Assembly (NCBI GenBank): GCA_031409655.1
Contig: JANNXQ010000300.1
Location: 1 to 64,000 of the forward strand
Reading direction: 5' to 3'
DNA: 64,000 nt
Source: Chthoniobacteraceae bacterium
Lineage (GTDB): Bacteria; Verrucomicrobiota; Verrucomicrobiia; Chthoniobacterales; Chthoniobacteraceae
Positions 1-9,589 of this stretch are shown here, piece by piece. The notes under the pieces were generated by a model. That model saw only the letters and a program-made list of their open reading frames with translations. It was not told where the DNA came from and ran no database searches. The position numbers and the translations under genes are program-made. Each line of letters starts with the position of its first letter. Within the stretch, counting starts at the first letter, position 1.

Positions 1-10
1 CATAACCCGT

Positions 11-123
11 GAGCGCCGCCGTCCCGTGCGGCAAACCTTCGCTCGCGCAGCGCCGTTTCCCTCGTCGGCGTCGAGAGGGTCACTGCGTGAATGATTACGA
101 GGCCGCACGGGACGGCGGCGCTC
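11..123. repeat. REP-like inverted repeat pair (22-bp perfect arms)
   Basis: GAGCGCCGCCGTCCCGTGCGGC at 11-32 and its exact reverse complement at 102-123; the same arm recurs at 20127-20254. Confidence 0.9.
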
Positions 124-129
124 CCAGGT

Positions 130-2565
130 TCAGAGCGTCCCGCGGGTGACGCCGAGTTGCGACTGCGCTTTGAGCGTGCGCCAAAGTTCTTCGCCGTCTT
201 GCGCGCCCGCGAGCAATGACTGGTAGGAGCGGATCGCCTGCTCCGCGTCTGCGCGAGATTCCTCCAGCAACTCGATGCGCCAGTGCCGCAGGCCCGCCGC
301 TTCGAGTTGCCCGAAAAACCGCGCACCCGTCTGCGCCACGGCATTGAAGAGCGTATTGCGGCAGCCCACATCCGCGCGCAGGGGATGCTCCATGCCGACG
401 CGATCCCGCAGATGCACGCGGTGCGAATCGCAAGGCCTTCCGCAGTCCAGGAACGACGATCCTTTCGAAAGGAACGCCGCGAAAACGCAGTGCTCCATGT
501 GAAACATCGGCATGTGCTGATGGAGCGTGAGTTCGAACCACTCCGGCGGCGCAACCGCGAGGAGGGCGAGCACTTGTTCGATATTTAAATCGTAGCTGAT
601 GGTCACGCGCTCCAGGCCTTGCCCGCGGAACCATTGCGCGGTGAGAGGATTGGCGACGTTCAGGGAAAAGTCGCCGATCTTCCGCAGCGCGGGCAGCGCG
701 CGGAAATAGCCGATCGCGCCGAGATTGCGGATGAGCACGCCATCGGGCTCGGCGTTTTCGATGAGCTTGAAGAAGCCCTGCTCGCCGGCCTTTTGGATGC
801 GCGGCGTGGCGAGGAAAAGGTGGGCGCCACTGGCAGCCGTGCGCCCGCGCTCGACGGCGTCCGGGTAGCGCCGGAGGTCCTCGAAATCGACGTGGATGGT
901 CGCGACTCCGCAGGCCAGTGCCGCGTCGAGGTGCTCCATGGAGCGACACAGCACCGTGAGCTCAGACGCCTCCGTCGTCGGGGAGCTGCTCGCCGGCGCG
1001 CCGAAGACCTCGTGCCAGGAGCGGGCGATCTCGGGCCGTGCGGGATGCAGCTCGGCATCGAGCTGGTAAACGAGTTCGCGGCGGAGCCGGTTGAGTTCGC
1101 CGATCGGGAGGATCACGTCGCCTGCGAGTTCGTTGCGCAGTGCGCCGAGAGTGTAGGGCGTCTCGCCGAAGCGCCCGAGATGCTCGCGCAACTTCTCCGT
1201 CGTCAGTGGTGCGGTGCGTGCGGTCTGGAGCAGGATCGCGGACTGGAGGGTCTGGGGCGCGCGTCCCGGAAATTCCGCTTCGATCGTCAGCGGCTCTCCG
1301 GCGCGGCCGGTGATGCGCAGGGCGATCTCCGTGCGGTGCCGCGCTTCGAGGCGACCGCTGAAGGATTGTTGCAGGCGTTTGTTCAGCGCGGGGTCGTCGG
1401 TCTTCCACACGCGGTCGCCCACTTTCAGCTTCCCAAAATCAATCCGCCCACGCTCAAAGAACAGCCTCTCGCCTTCCACGCGCCAGATGCGGCCGCCTTG
1501 CTCCGCATCGGTGTCGCCGCCGGTGTCGAAGACCACGCCATCGCCCGCCTGCACCGGCACCTCCGCGTTTACCTCGACGAACTCCGGCCCGACCCGCCCG
1601 ATCCGTCCCAGGAAAGGCCCGCGCTTTTTCCCGAACCGCGCGGAGACGAGCCGCTGATGATCCACGCCGTGCATCCAGCCGCTGAAAAGCCCCCGCGAAA
1701 ACGCCATCTCGAGCTGGTAGCGATCAGTCGCACTCCTTTGCTCCTCCGCGCCCGCGAGCGCCGCATCGATCGCCTTGCGATAGACCTGGCAGGTGGCGGC
1801 CACGTACTCCGGCGATTTCAGCCGTCCTTCGATTTTGAAACTCATCACGCCGCGCTCCAGCAGCGCGGGGATCTCCTCCACCGCGGCGAGATCCTGCGGC
1901 GAGAGCAGGTAGCGCCGGTCGCCGAGATCGCGCAGCGCGCCATCGACCACCAGCTCGTAAGGCATCCGACAGGCCTGCGCGCATTCGCCGCGATTGGCGC
2001 TGCGCTGGCCGAGCGCTTCGCTGGTCAGACATTGCCCGCTGTAGGCCACGCAGAGCGCGCCGTGGACGAAGACTTCGAGCGGTAGCGCCGGACCGAATTT
2101 CTCGATCTCGCGCAGCGACAACTCGCGCGCCAGCACCACGCGGTCGATGCCGAGATCGCGGGCGAAGGTGATGCCCTCGGGCGAAGTGATCGTCATCTGC
2201 GTGGACGCGTGGATCGAGAGCTCCGGGACGATCTCGCGCGCGAGCCGCACGAGGCCGACATCCTGAACGATGAGCGCATCGACCCCCGCGCGATTCAGGA
2301 GCCGGAGATATTCCGCGGCGTCGTCGAGTTCGGCGGTGAAAACGAGGGTATTGAAGGCGACGTAAGCCCTCACCCCGTAGCGGTGGCAAAAGGCGACGAC
2401 CTCGGGCAGCTCGGCCTCGGAGAAATTATCCGCGCGCAACCGCGCATTGAATCGCGGCAGGCCGAAGTAAATCGCGTCCGCGCCATTCGCGACCGCTGCG
2501 CGCACGCAGTCCCAATTGCCTGCGGGGGCGAGGAGTTCGGGAGTGGTGCGGGCGGCGGCGGGCAT
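130..2565 (-). CDS. U32 family peptidase-like protein with long C-terminal extension (RlhA-like rRNA hydroxylation protein)
   Basis: PELLAPAG, GADAIYFG, EVFVHGALCVAYSGQC, RSANRGECAQACR and FKIEGR motifs; ~810 aa length fits the RlhA subgroup; start trimmed to ATG 2565. Confidence 0.85.
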   Translation of the reverse strand: MPAAARTTPELLAPAGNWDCVRAAVANGADAIYFGLPRFNARLRADNFSEAELPEVVAFCHRYGVRAYVAFNTLVFTAELDDAAEYLRLLNRAGVDALIVQDVGLVRLAREIVPELSIHASTQMTITSPEGITFARDLGIDRVVLARELSLREIEKFGPALPLEVFVHGALCVAYSGQCLTSEALGQRSANRGECAQACRMPYELVVDGALRDLGDRRYLLSPQDLAAVEEIPALLERGVMSFKIEGRLKSPEYVAATCQVYRKAIDAALAGAEEQRSATDRYQLEMAFSRGLFSGWMHGVDHQRLVSARFGKKRGPFLGRIGRVGPEFVEVNAEVPVQAGDGVVFDTGGDTDAEQGGRIWRVEGERLFFERGRIDFGKLKVGDRVWKTDDPALNKRLQQSFSGRLEARHRTEIALRITGRAGEPLTIEAEFPGRAPQTLQSAILLQTARTAPLTTEKLREHLGRFGETPYTLGALRNELAGDVILPIGELNRLRRELVYQLDAELHPARPEIARSWHEVFGAPASSSPTTEASELTVLCRSMEHLDAALACGVATIHVDFEDLRRYPDAVERGRTAASGAHLFLATPRIQKAGEQGFFKLIENAEPDGVLIRNLGAIGYFRALPALRKIGDFSLNVANPLTAQWFRGQGLERVTISYDLNIEQVLALLAVAPPEWFELTLHQHMPMFHMEHCVFAAFLSKGSSFLDCGRPCDSHRVHLRDRVGMEHPLRADVGCRNTLFNAVAQTGARFFGQLEAAGLRHWRIELLEESRADAEQAIRSYQSLLAGAQDGEELWRTLKAQSQLGVTRGTL

Positions 2566-2614
2566 GCGGTGGGCGCAGACTGTGGCAGCGTCCGCCCACA
2601 CCGCAACCGCGGTC

Positions 2615-3448
2615 TTACTTGCCGCCGGGGCCGTAGCCAGCGGCGGGAGTGCCGTCGGCATTGATGTGGCCGGTGGCCCAGAGGACGCCGCGGGTCACGA
2701 GATCGAGGTAGCGCGGATCTTCCACGGTGGCGTTGTTGTGGCCGATGGTGGTGCTGAAGACGCGGGTCTTCTTGGCGCCGTATTCATTCGTCCACGCGAT
2801 GACGGTCTCGCTATCTTTCATGGTGCCGTCCTTTTGCTTTGCGGTTTGTTTGCCCTTGGCGATGGCCTTGCCGGTCAGGATCTGGAGGTTGTTGTAGAGT
2901 TCTTCTTTGATCGTCGTCCAATCCGCGAGGCTCTTGGCGATGGCGTGCTCTTTGTCCACGTAGGAAATGGCGATCGGCTCCTGCGGCCCGTGACTGAAGG
3001 ATTGCAGGCCGAGATATTCAAACCAGTGCGCGTTGTCGGCGCCGACGGCGACGGGTTCCTTGAAATTGCCGAAGCGGTAGGAGTGCATCGCGCAGTGCAG
3101 GTTCACGCCGGGGATGCCGTCGCGGTGCGGCGCGAGGACGCCGGCGATGATGGCGGGGTCGCTGATATCCGCGGCACATTCATCATGGATCACGAGGTCG
3201 TAGCCCTTGGCGTAATCGGGATTGCCGTAGATCGGGAGCGGCGGCTTGGTGCTTTTGTCGGGGGTGTGGATGTGATCGACGACGACATTCGCGCGGGCTT
3301 CGAGGCCGGACTTCAGGAGGTCCTTTTGCGTCACGTAGTCGTGGCAGCAGCCACCGGTGATGAGCAGGACTTTCAGGGGCTTCGTATCGGCAGCGGAAAG
3401 GGTGGAGCCGACGAGCAGGGCGAGGGACAGGGTGAGGAGGGATTTCAT
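2615..3448 (-). CDS. ThuA-like domain secreted protein
   Basis: Signal peptide; KVLLITGGCCHDY, EELY and RVFSTTIGHN...RGVLWA motifs. Confidence 0.85.
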   Translation of the reverse strand: MKSLLTLSLALLVGSTLSAADTKPLKVLLITGGCCHDYVTQKDLLKSGLEARANVVVDHIHTPDKSTKPPLPIYGNPDYAKGYDLVIHDECAADISDPAIIAGVLAPHRDGIPGVNLHCAMHSYRFGNFKEPVAVGADNAHWFEYLGLQSFSHGPQEPIAISYVDKEHAIAKSLADWTTIKEELYNNLQILTGKAIAKGKQTAKQKDGTMKDSETVIAWTNEYGAKKTRVFSTTIGHNNATVEDPRYLDLVTRGVLWATGHINADGTPAAGYGPGGK

Positions 3449-3567
3449 TTTTGGAGGTGGAGCGGGGTTTCGGAATAGGGAAACCCGCGACGGGGAGCAA
3501 TGTGAGAAAGTTCCCAGTTTCTCTTTCTCCGGCCTTCGGATTGTTTGGGGGCCTTGGAATTCGCCCG

Positions 3568-4167
3568 ATGATCACTCTCGCCCTCGACACGTCCACGAAT
3601 CGCGGCAGCGTCGCGCTGCTGGCGGATGGGGTCGTGCTTTTGGAGGAGAGCTTCAGCGCGGATCGCAGCCATAGCGCCACGCTTTTCCCGATCCTGGAGC
3701 GCGCCCGGGCTTTGGCGGGGAAGATCGATCAAGTGGCGGTCGGGCTCGGGCCGGGATCGTATGCGGGGGTGCGGATTGCGATTGCGGCGGCGCTGGGTTT
3801 TGAGATCGGCGTGGGTGCAAAGCTTGTGGGAATCGCTTCGGTCGCGGCTTTGGAAACTGGCGGCGACCGGTATCTCGCGATTGGCGATGCGCGGCGCGAG
3901 ACGTACTACTTTACCCGCGTGGAAAATGGCGTGTGCGTGGATGGGCCGCGGCTCATGACGGCATCCGAACTGCGCGCGGCGATCGCGGGGGAGGAGGCGG
4001 TGTTCACGACGGCGGAGCTGCCGGGTTTCCCAGAAGCGCGCGTGGCGTGGCCTTCGGCGCTGATCCTCGCGCGGATGGCGGAAGCGGGGCGGGGGATTTC
4101 GGCGACGGGAGATCTCGAGCCCATCTACCTGCGCGAGCCGCACATCACGCTGCCGAAGGGTAAGTGA
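3568..4167 (+). CDS. tsaB: tRNA threonylcarbamoyladenosine biosynthesis protein TsaB
   Basis: LALDTST, SHSATLFP, GLGPGSYAGVRIA, DARR and LEPIYLR motifs. Confidence 0.93.
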   Translation: MITLALDTSTNRGSVALLADGVVLLEESFSADRSHSATLFPILERARALAGKIDQVAVGLGPGSYAGVRIAIAAALGFEIGVGAKLVGIASVAALETGGDRYLAIGDARRETYYFTRVENGVCVDGPRLMTASELRAAIAGEEAVFTTAELPGFPEARVAWPSALILARMAEAGRGISATGDLEPIYLREPHITLPKGK

Positions 4168-5170
4168 CGAGCGCGCGGAGGCGCAGATCGGGTCCGATGC
4201 GCGCGTAGCTCGGCTCGATGAGTTGCGGAGCTTCCGCGGTCGCGCCAACGCCGCGCCCACCGATGACGACCGCCGGCCCGCCGAGCAAAAGCGGTGCGAC
4301 GTAGAATTGCACTTCGTCCACGAGCCGCCGATCGAACGCTTCGCCGAGCACTCGCGTCCCGCCTTCGATGAGCACGCTGGTCACACCCTTTTTCCCAAGA
4401 TCGCGCAGCACCGCCCGCAGCGGGCGGCGGTGATAGACGAGTGTGCGCTCACGCTGGGTGTCTTTGAAAAGATGCGCGCCCGCGGGGAGCGATCCACCGC
4501 GGGTGACGACGACTCGCCACGGCTGCCGCGCTCCGGGGATGCCGCGGACGGTGAGCCGCGGATTGTCTGCGCGCAGGGTGCCGGCGCCGATGAGGATGGC
4601 ATCGACGCGGGCGCGGAGTTGCTGTGCGTCGGTGCGTGACGCGGCGCTGGTGATCCACTGGCCTTCGCCGGGCGGACGCGTGAGGCGGCCATCGAGGGAC
4701 ATGCCGGCCTTGGCAATCACCCACGGCATCCCGGTCACGATCCATTTGTTGAAGCTGACATTCAGCGCGCGGCACTCGGCCTCCAGCACGCCGGTCGTGA
4801 CTTTCACCCCGCCGGCTCGCAGCAACTCGACGCCGCGCCCGGCATGCGCAGGATTCGGATCGATGGTCCCGATGACCACTCGCGCGAAGCCCGCGCGGAG
4901 GATGGCCTCGACGCACGGTGGCGTGCGGCCCTGCGTGGAGCAGGGTTCGAGCGTCACGTAGAGCGTCGCCCCGCGCGCGAGGTCGGCCTTTTTCAAAGCG
5001 CGCAAGGCCTCGATCTCCGCATGCGGCTGGCCGGCACGCCGATGAAATCCTCGCGCCACGATCCGCCCGCTGCGCACGAACACTGCGCCTACGGCGGGAT
5101 TCGGACTGGTGTGGCCGAGGCCGCGGGCGGCTTCGCGCAAAGCGGCGCGCATGAATGGTTCGTCGGGCAT
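4145..5170 (-). CDS. ribD: Bifunctional riboflavin biosynthesis deaminase/reductase
   Basis: TSPNPAVG, HAE, TLEPC..GRTPPC, SLDG, DNPRLT and EGG motifs. Confidence 0.95.
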   Translation of the reverse strand: MPDEPFMRAALREAARGLGHTSPNPAVGAVFVRSGRIVARGFHRRAGQPHAEIEALRALKKADLARGATLYVTLEPCSTQGRTPPCVEAILRAGFARVVIGTIDPNPAHAGRGVELLRAGGVKVTTGVLEAECRALNVSFNKWIVTGMPWVIAKAGMSLDGRLTRPPGEGQWITSAASRTDAQQLRARVDAILIGAGTLRADNPRLTVRGIPGARQPWRVVVTRGGSLPAGAHLFKDTQRERTLVYHRRPLRAVLRDLGKKGVTSVLIEGGTRVLGEAFDRRLVDEVQFYVAPLLLGGPAVVIGGRGVGATAEAPQLIEPSYARIGPDLRLRALVTYPSAA

Positions 5171-5182
5171 GGGGCTGGAAAG

Positions 5183-5244
5183 TGGACGCAGGATGCGGGA
5201 TGGTGGCTCGCGTTCAGCATCCCGCATCCCGCATCCTGCATCCA
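5183..5244. repeat. Inverted heptamer tandem array (GCATCCC-type)
   Basis: TGGACGCAGGATGCGGGATG pairs with CATCCCGCATCCTGCATCCA (19/20 matches); 7-nt period. Confidence 0.85.
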
Positions 5245-5249
5245 GTCCC

Positions 5250-6239
5250 ATGAGCCTCAGCCTCCGCGAGAAGGAAAATTTCTACCGCAGCCTCGGGCAA
5301 CTCCTGCGCACGGGCAGCACCTTCCCCAAGGCGCTCGAAAGTCTCTCCCGCAGCATGCGCGGCGGGCGGCGAAGTTTTGTGAAGCGCTTGCAGAAGAATG
5401 CGGAAGGCCGCAGCGTCTCGGAAACCTTTGCCAGCCAGCGTTCGGAGGTGAGTGAGATGGAGCTCGGCACGCTGGCGGCGGTCGAGCGCACAGGGAAGCT
5501 GGAGCATGGCTGCACGCAACTCGCGGAGCATTTCCGCTCCCTGGCCACGGCGCGCGAGGCCATGCTCCGCAAGTCGGCGTACCCGATTTTCATCCTGCAC
5601 TTCGCGGTGCTCGTCTTTGCGCTGCCCAAGGCGCTCTCCGGCGGAGGGCTGGACGGCTACCTGCGGCAGACGCTTGGGATCTTCGCCGCGGTGTATGCCG
5701 TGGGCATCCTGGTCGCCTTGCTCTTTCCGCTCGTGCGTGACCTCGGCGCTACAAGCGCGATCCTCGACGGCCTCCTGCGCTCGCTGCCGCTCTTTGGCAA
5801 AGTGCGACGCGCCTTCGCCGTCGCGCGGTTTTGCGGCACCTACCAGATGCAGCTCGATGCCGGCGTGAACATCATGGAATCGCTGAACGCGGCGGGCCGT
5901 TCGAGCCGCAGCGGGATGATTCGCTCCACCGTGCGCCGTGCGGTTTCGCAGGTGCAGGGGGGCGAAAAAGCGGGGCCGTTGCTCGCGCAAAGTGGCGCCT
6001 TTCCCGAAGACGTGGGGCAGTCGATCTGCACGGGTGAAGAGGCGGGTTCGCTGGACGAGGAATTGCAACGCCTCGCCGGGGAGTACCAGAAGGAAGGCCT
6101 CACCCGCCTGGAGACGCTTACCGAGTGGCTGCCGCGCATGGTGATGATCGGAATTTTCGTTTACGTCGGGTATGGGATCGTCAGTTTCTACGCCGGATAT
6201 CTGAAGCAGGTGCAGGACATCGTGGATCAGATCAAGTGA
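5250..6239 (+). CDS. Type II secretion/type IV pilus platform protein (GspF/PilC family)
   Basis: Two T2SSF-like repeats (ERTGKLE, GEEAGSLDEEL), AYP motif before a TM segment, C-terminal TM. Confidence 0.85.
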   Translation: MSLSLREKENFYRSLGQLLRTGSTFPKALESLSRSMRGGRRSFVKRLQKNAEGRSVSETFASQRSEVSEMELGTLAAVERTGKLEHGCTQLAEHFRSLATAREAMLRKSAYPIFILHFAVLVFALPKALSGGGLDGYLRQTLGIFAAVYAVGILVALLFPLVRDLGATSAILDGLLRSLPLFGKVRRAFAVARFCGTYQMQLDAGVNIMESLNAAGRSSRSGMIRSTVRRAVSQVQGGEKAGPLLAQSGAFPEDVGQSICTGEEAGSLDEELQRLAGEYQKEGLTRLETLTEWLPRMVMIGIFVYVGYGIVSFYAGYLKQVQDIVDQIK

Positions 6240-6282
6240 GCCAAAACGGCTCTATTTAGCGTTCGATTTCGGGGATGCATGC

Positions 6283-6402
6283 GCGCCAAAATGGCGCTTT
6301 TTAATCCTCCGTCACGAACGCATTAGAATATTTCAAACTTTTCTACGTCAGTAGTTTGCGTCGAAATTTGCGACCGCCGTAAAACCGCGGCATTGCGGCA
6401 GC
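6283..6402 (+). promoter_or_regulatory. Possible sigma54-type promoter with two upstream palindromes
   Basis: GCGCCAAAATGGCGC (6283-6297), GTCGAAATTTGCGAC (6360-6374) and GG-N10-GC at 6389-6402; the -12 element is non-consensus. Confidence 0.3.
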
Positions 6403-6460
6403 TTATAGGAATGGCGTCTCCACGAGAGACGAACCTGAAACCCTCAAACCAAAAACACCT

Positions 6461-6922
6461 ATGAGCATCATCCGTTACCAAGTCCCTGAACTCAGCAACT
6501 GGTCGTCCTTCGACCGTCTCGCGTCGCTTCGCGACGAATTCAACCGACTCTTCGACTGGACCGCCCCGAGCCGCGACAGCGGTCTCTTCAGCGGTTGGTC
6601 GCCGGCCCTCGACGTCTTTGACGACAAGGACCGCCTCGTCGTGAAAGTCGAACTGCCTGGCCTGAAAAAGGAGGAGATCGAAATTTCCCTGCACGACGGC
6701 GTCCTCACCGTGGCTGGCGAGCGCAAGGTCGAGCATGAGGAGGAGGAGGGGCAGTCCTTCCGCAGCGAGCGCTACTTTGGAAGATTCCACCGCAGCGTGA
6801 CGCTCCCCACGGCAGTGGACCCGGCGAAGATCACGGCCGCCTACAAGGACGGCGTCCTCACCATCGACCTGGCCAAAGCCGAGGAAGCGAAACCCAAGCA
6901 CATCGAAGTCAGCGTCTCCTAA
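6461..6922 (+). CDS. Hsp20/alpha-crystallin small heat-shock protein
   Basis: ELPG, RSERYFGRFHRSVTLP and AYKDGVLTI motifs. Confidence 0.95.
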   Translation: MSIIRYQVPELSNWSSFDRLASLRDEFNRLFDWTAPSRDSGLFSGWSPALDVFDDKDRLVVKVELPGLKKEEIEISLHDGVLTVAGERKVEHEEEEGQSFRSERYFGRFHRSVTLPTAVDPAKITAAYKDGVLTIDLAKAEEAKPKHIEVSVS

Positions 6923-6952
6923 TCATTCACCTTCAACAGAAAACCCGAACAC

Positions 6953-7336
6953 ATGAACGCAACCCTCACCAAACCCGAAGCACAACAGCCCGCCGGCAAC
7001 GGCGCGCAGAAAGTCACCTACACCACGCCGCTCGCGAACATCCGCGAGACGAAGGACGGCTACGTCCTTGAGGCTGAAATGCCCGGCGTCGCGAAAGACG
7101 GTCTCGAAGTCACCGTCGAGAATGGCGAACTGGCCATCGTCGGTCGGCGCGCGGCGGTCACCGAATCCGGACGCAACGTGTACCGCGAGTCGCGAGGCAC
7201 CGATTACCGCCGGGTCTTCGAACTCGATCCCTCGATCGATGCCGGAAAGATCACGGCCAAAATCGAGCAAGGCGTGCTCACGCTGACCCTGCCGAAAGCC
7301 GACTCCGTGAAGCCACGGAAGATCACGGTGAACTGA
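6953..7336 (+). CDS. Hsp20/alpha-crystallin small heat-shock protein (second)
   Basis: AEMPGV, YRRVFEL, IEQGVLTLTLPK and PRKITV motifs. Confidence 0.95.
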   Translation: MNATLTKPEAQQPAGNGAQKVTYTTPLANIRETKDGYVLEAEMPGVAKDGLEVTVENGELAIVGRRAAVTESGRNVYRESRGTDYRRVFELDPSIDAGKITAKIEQGVLTLTLPKADSVKPRKITVN

Positions 7337-7364
7337 GCGGGGCGACCGCTTCAGCGAAAGATTC

Positions 7365-7406
7365 AAAGCCCCACGGATCGCAAGGTCCGTGGGGCTTTTG
7401 TGTTTT
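7365..7406 (+). terminator. Rho-independent terminator
   Basis: AAAGCCCCACGGATC-GCAA-GGTCCGTGGGGCTTT followed by TGTGTTTT, directly after the hsp20 pair. Confidence 0.85.
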
Positions 7407-7478
7407 GGCGGAAAGGCATCGGGCAGTGAAACACGGCTCGTCTTCTCCCGGTCGTTTGCCCATTCATGCCACCTCGAC

Positions 7479-8537
7479 ATGTCCGACCGCTCCGCGCTCA
7501 AGCCTCCCCGCGATCCGAATCTCGACCTGCTGCGCGCCGTCGCCATCGCGATCGTGGTGCTCTTTCACATCGGCGCGCGCTGGCCGTTTCCGCGTCCGTG
7601 GTTGGTTGCGGCGACGGCCTTCGGCGAGCGGGGTGTCGATCTCTTCTTCGTGCTGTCGGGCTGGCTCATCGGTGGATTGCTCTGGCGCGAGTGGCAACGC
7701 TTTGGCTCCGTCGAAGCCGGGCGTTTCATCCTGCGCCGGATGCTGCGCACGGTGCCGCCGTATCTCGTGGTGCTGGTGCTTTCGTTCGTTGCGGTCTCAC
7801 TCACGCGCGGCGAGTCGTTCGATTGGCGGTATCTCGTGTTCCTGCAAAATTACCGAGTCGCGATCCCGTTCTTCCACGTGAGCTGGTCGCTTTGCGTCGA
7901 AGAACACTTCTATCTCCTGATGCCATTCGTGGTGGTCGCGCTGCGAAAGTTTCGCTTGTCGCCCGGCGCGGCCTTCCTAGCCGTGGCCGCGCTCCCAGTC
8001 CTCTTCCGCGCGGCGATCTGGCCCGGGCCCGGCCAGCCGTTTGGGTTTTTCTTCACCGCCACGCACCTGCGTTTCGAAGGTCTCCTGCTCGGCGTCTGGG
8101 CCTCACATCTCCACGCCTTCCAGCCGGACGCGTGGGCGCGCTGGCAGCGGTTTGCCGACTGGGCAGCGTGGCCCGCGATCGCCCTCACCGTTGGCGCCGC
8201 GACGCTGCCCGGGGTGTGGAGCTACAGTCTCTTTTACTCCGCAGTTTCGTGGTTTTTTCTGCTCTGGCTGAGTCGCCTCGTCGGGCGTCCCGCAGGGAGC
8301 GTGGCTTCCTCTCCGATGACCCGCCGAATCGCGCTCTGCTCATACAGCATCTATCTCACGCACACCTTCGTCGAAGATGCGGTCCTGCGCCCGCTCGCTC
8401 GGTGGCCCATCGTTCCCGAGATCTTGCTCTTTCCGCTCATGCTCGCGTGCATGGGGGTCGCTGGCGTGGTTTTCCACGCGGCGGTTGAAAAGCCGAGCCT
8501 CGCGCTTCGTCGGCGATTAGTGCCGGATCGGACGTGA
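7479..8537 (+). CDS. Acyltransferase family 3 (OafA-like membrane O-acyltransferase)
   Basis: LDLLRAVA, GVDLFFVLSGWLI, WSLCVEEHFY and SYSIYLTH motifs. Confidence 0.92.
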   Translation: MSDRSALKPPRDPNLDLLRAVAIAIVVLFHIGARWPFPRPWLVAATAFGERGVDLFFVLSGWLIGGLLWREWQRFGSVEAGRFILRRMLRTVPPYLVVLVLSFVAVSLTRGESFDWRYLVFLQNYRVAIPFFHVSWSLCVEEHFYLLMPFVVVALRKFRLSPGAAFLAVAALPVLFRAAIWPGPGQPFGFFFTATHLRFEGLLLGVWASHLHAFQPDAWARWQRFADWAAWPAIALTVGAATLPGVWSYSLFYSAVSWFFLLWLSRLVGRPAGSVASSPMTRRIALCSYSIYLTHTFVEDAVLRPLARWPIVPEILLFPLMLACMGVAGVVFHAAVEKPSLALRRRLVPDRT

Positions 8538-8540
8538 CCT

Positions 8541-9494
8541 TCAGCCAGCGGCCAGCGGGTTGAGCAGCGCGCGCAGTCGATCGAGGCCGGGGATTCGCGT
8601 GAGCACTTCGCGCAGGCGCGGCAATGCGGTCGGGATGTGCGTGAGGAAATCGGCGCGGTGATCGACGTGGCCGAGTTTGCCGTAGGCGCCGAGCGCTTGC
8701 ATCAGGCGCTGCATCGCGCAGAGATCGTAGAGCGCGCGGAAGTGCGGGTTGTCCGCGCGGCCGGGGCCGTGCAGGCCGCTGAGATAGTGGGAGAGAAGTT
8801 CTTCACGCTCTTCCGGTGAAAGTGTGACGTAAGGATCGAGGAGCAGCGAGGCGAGGTCGTATTGGGCGAGGCCGGGGCGGAGGCCCTGGAAGTCGATGAG
8901 GCACACTTCGCCGTCGCGCACGATGATGTTCTGGCTCTGAAAATCGCGATGCACGAGGCAGCGCGGCTCAGCGGCGAGTTGATCGGCAATCTCGCGGAGC
9001 CGGGCGCGATCGCCTTCCGCTTCGAGCCGCTCGGGCGTGATGCCGAAGTTTCGACCGAGGCAGTGCTCGAAGAAATAATCCTGCTCCCACCGATACAGCG
9101 CCGCGTCGAAGACCGGCTGATATTTCACATGCTCCGCGCCGGGTGCGAGGTGAGCCTGGGTGTGAAGGATGAGCGCCTGATCCAGCGTCCGCTGGTAGAG
9201 CGCCCGCCGATGCCGCCAAGGCTCGTCGCGCTGGCTCCAGAGATCCGTGTCGCCCGCGTCTTCCATGATGATAAGCCCCTCGGTCTCGTCGTGAAAATGC
9301 ACCAGCGGCACGCGCACACCGACGCTCGCGAGAAATTGTCCGATCGCGACGTACTGTTTGTTCTCCGGTCGATCTTCGCCGTAGCGGACGAGGATCAGCG
9401 ACTGCCCGCCGACGTGCATGCGCCAGAACTTACGACCCGAGCCACCCTTCTCGATCGGCGCGACGGTGATGGCGTGGTGCGGGGCGTGGTGCAT
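8541..9494 (-). CDS. APH-family phosphotransferase (AmgK-like anomeric sugar kinase)
   Basis: GGSGRKFWR, MEDAGD, HRDFQSQN, IDFQG, YDLASLL and QRLMQALGAYG motifs; start uncertain. Confidence 0.8.
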   Translation of the reverse strand: MHHAPHHAITVAPIEKGGSGRKFWRMHVGGQSLILVRYGEDRPENKQYVAIGQFLASVGVRVPLVHFHDETEGLIIMEDAGDTDLWSQRDEPWRHRRALYQRTLDQALILHTQAHLAPGAEHVKYQPVFDAALYRWEQDYFFEHCLGRNFGITPERLEAEGDRARLREIADQLAAEPRCLVHRDFQSQNIIVRDGEVCLIDFQGLRPGLAQYDLASLLLDPYVTLSPEEREELLSHYLSGLHGPGRADNPHFRALYDLCAMQRLMQALGAYGKLGHVDHRADFLTHIPTALPRLREVLTRIPGLDRLRALLNPLAAG

Positions 9495-9589
9495 GGCGGG
9501 AGTGTTGGTGATCGCGATGGTCGACGCAACGGGAAGTGCTCAGAGATCAGTTCGTGAACGTCTGTGCGCCAGCATGCCAAAGAAACTCT

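Noticed and set aside
6240..6460. CIRCE element upstream of hsp20
   Set aside because: No TTAGCACTC-N9-GAGTGCTAA match.
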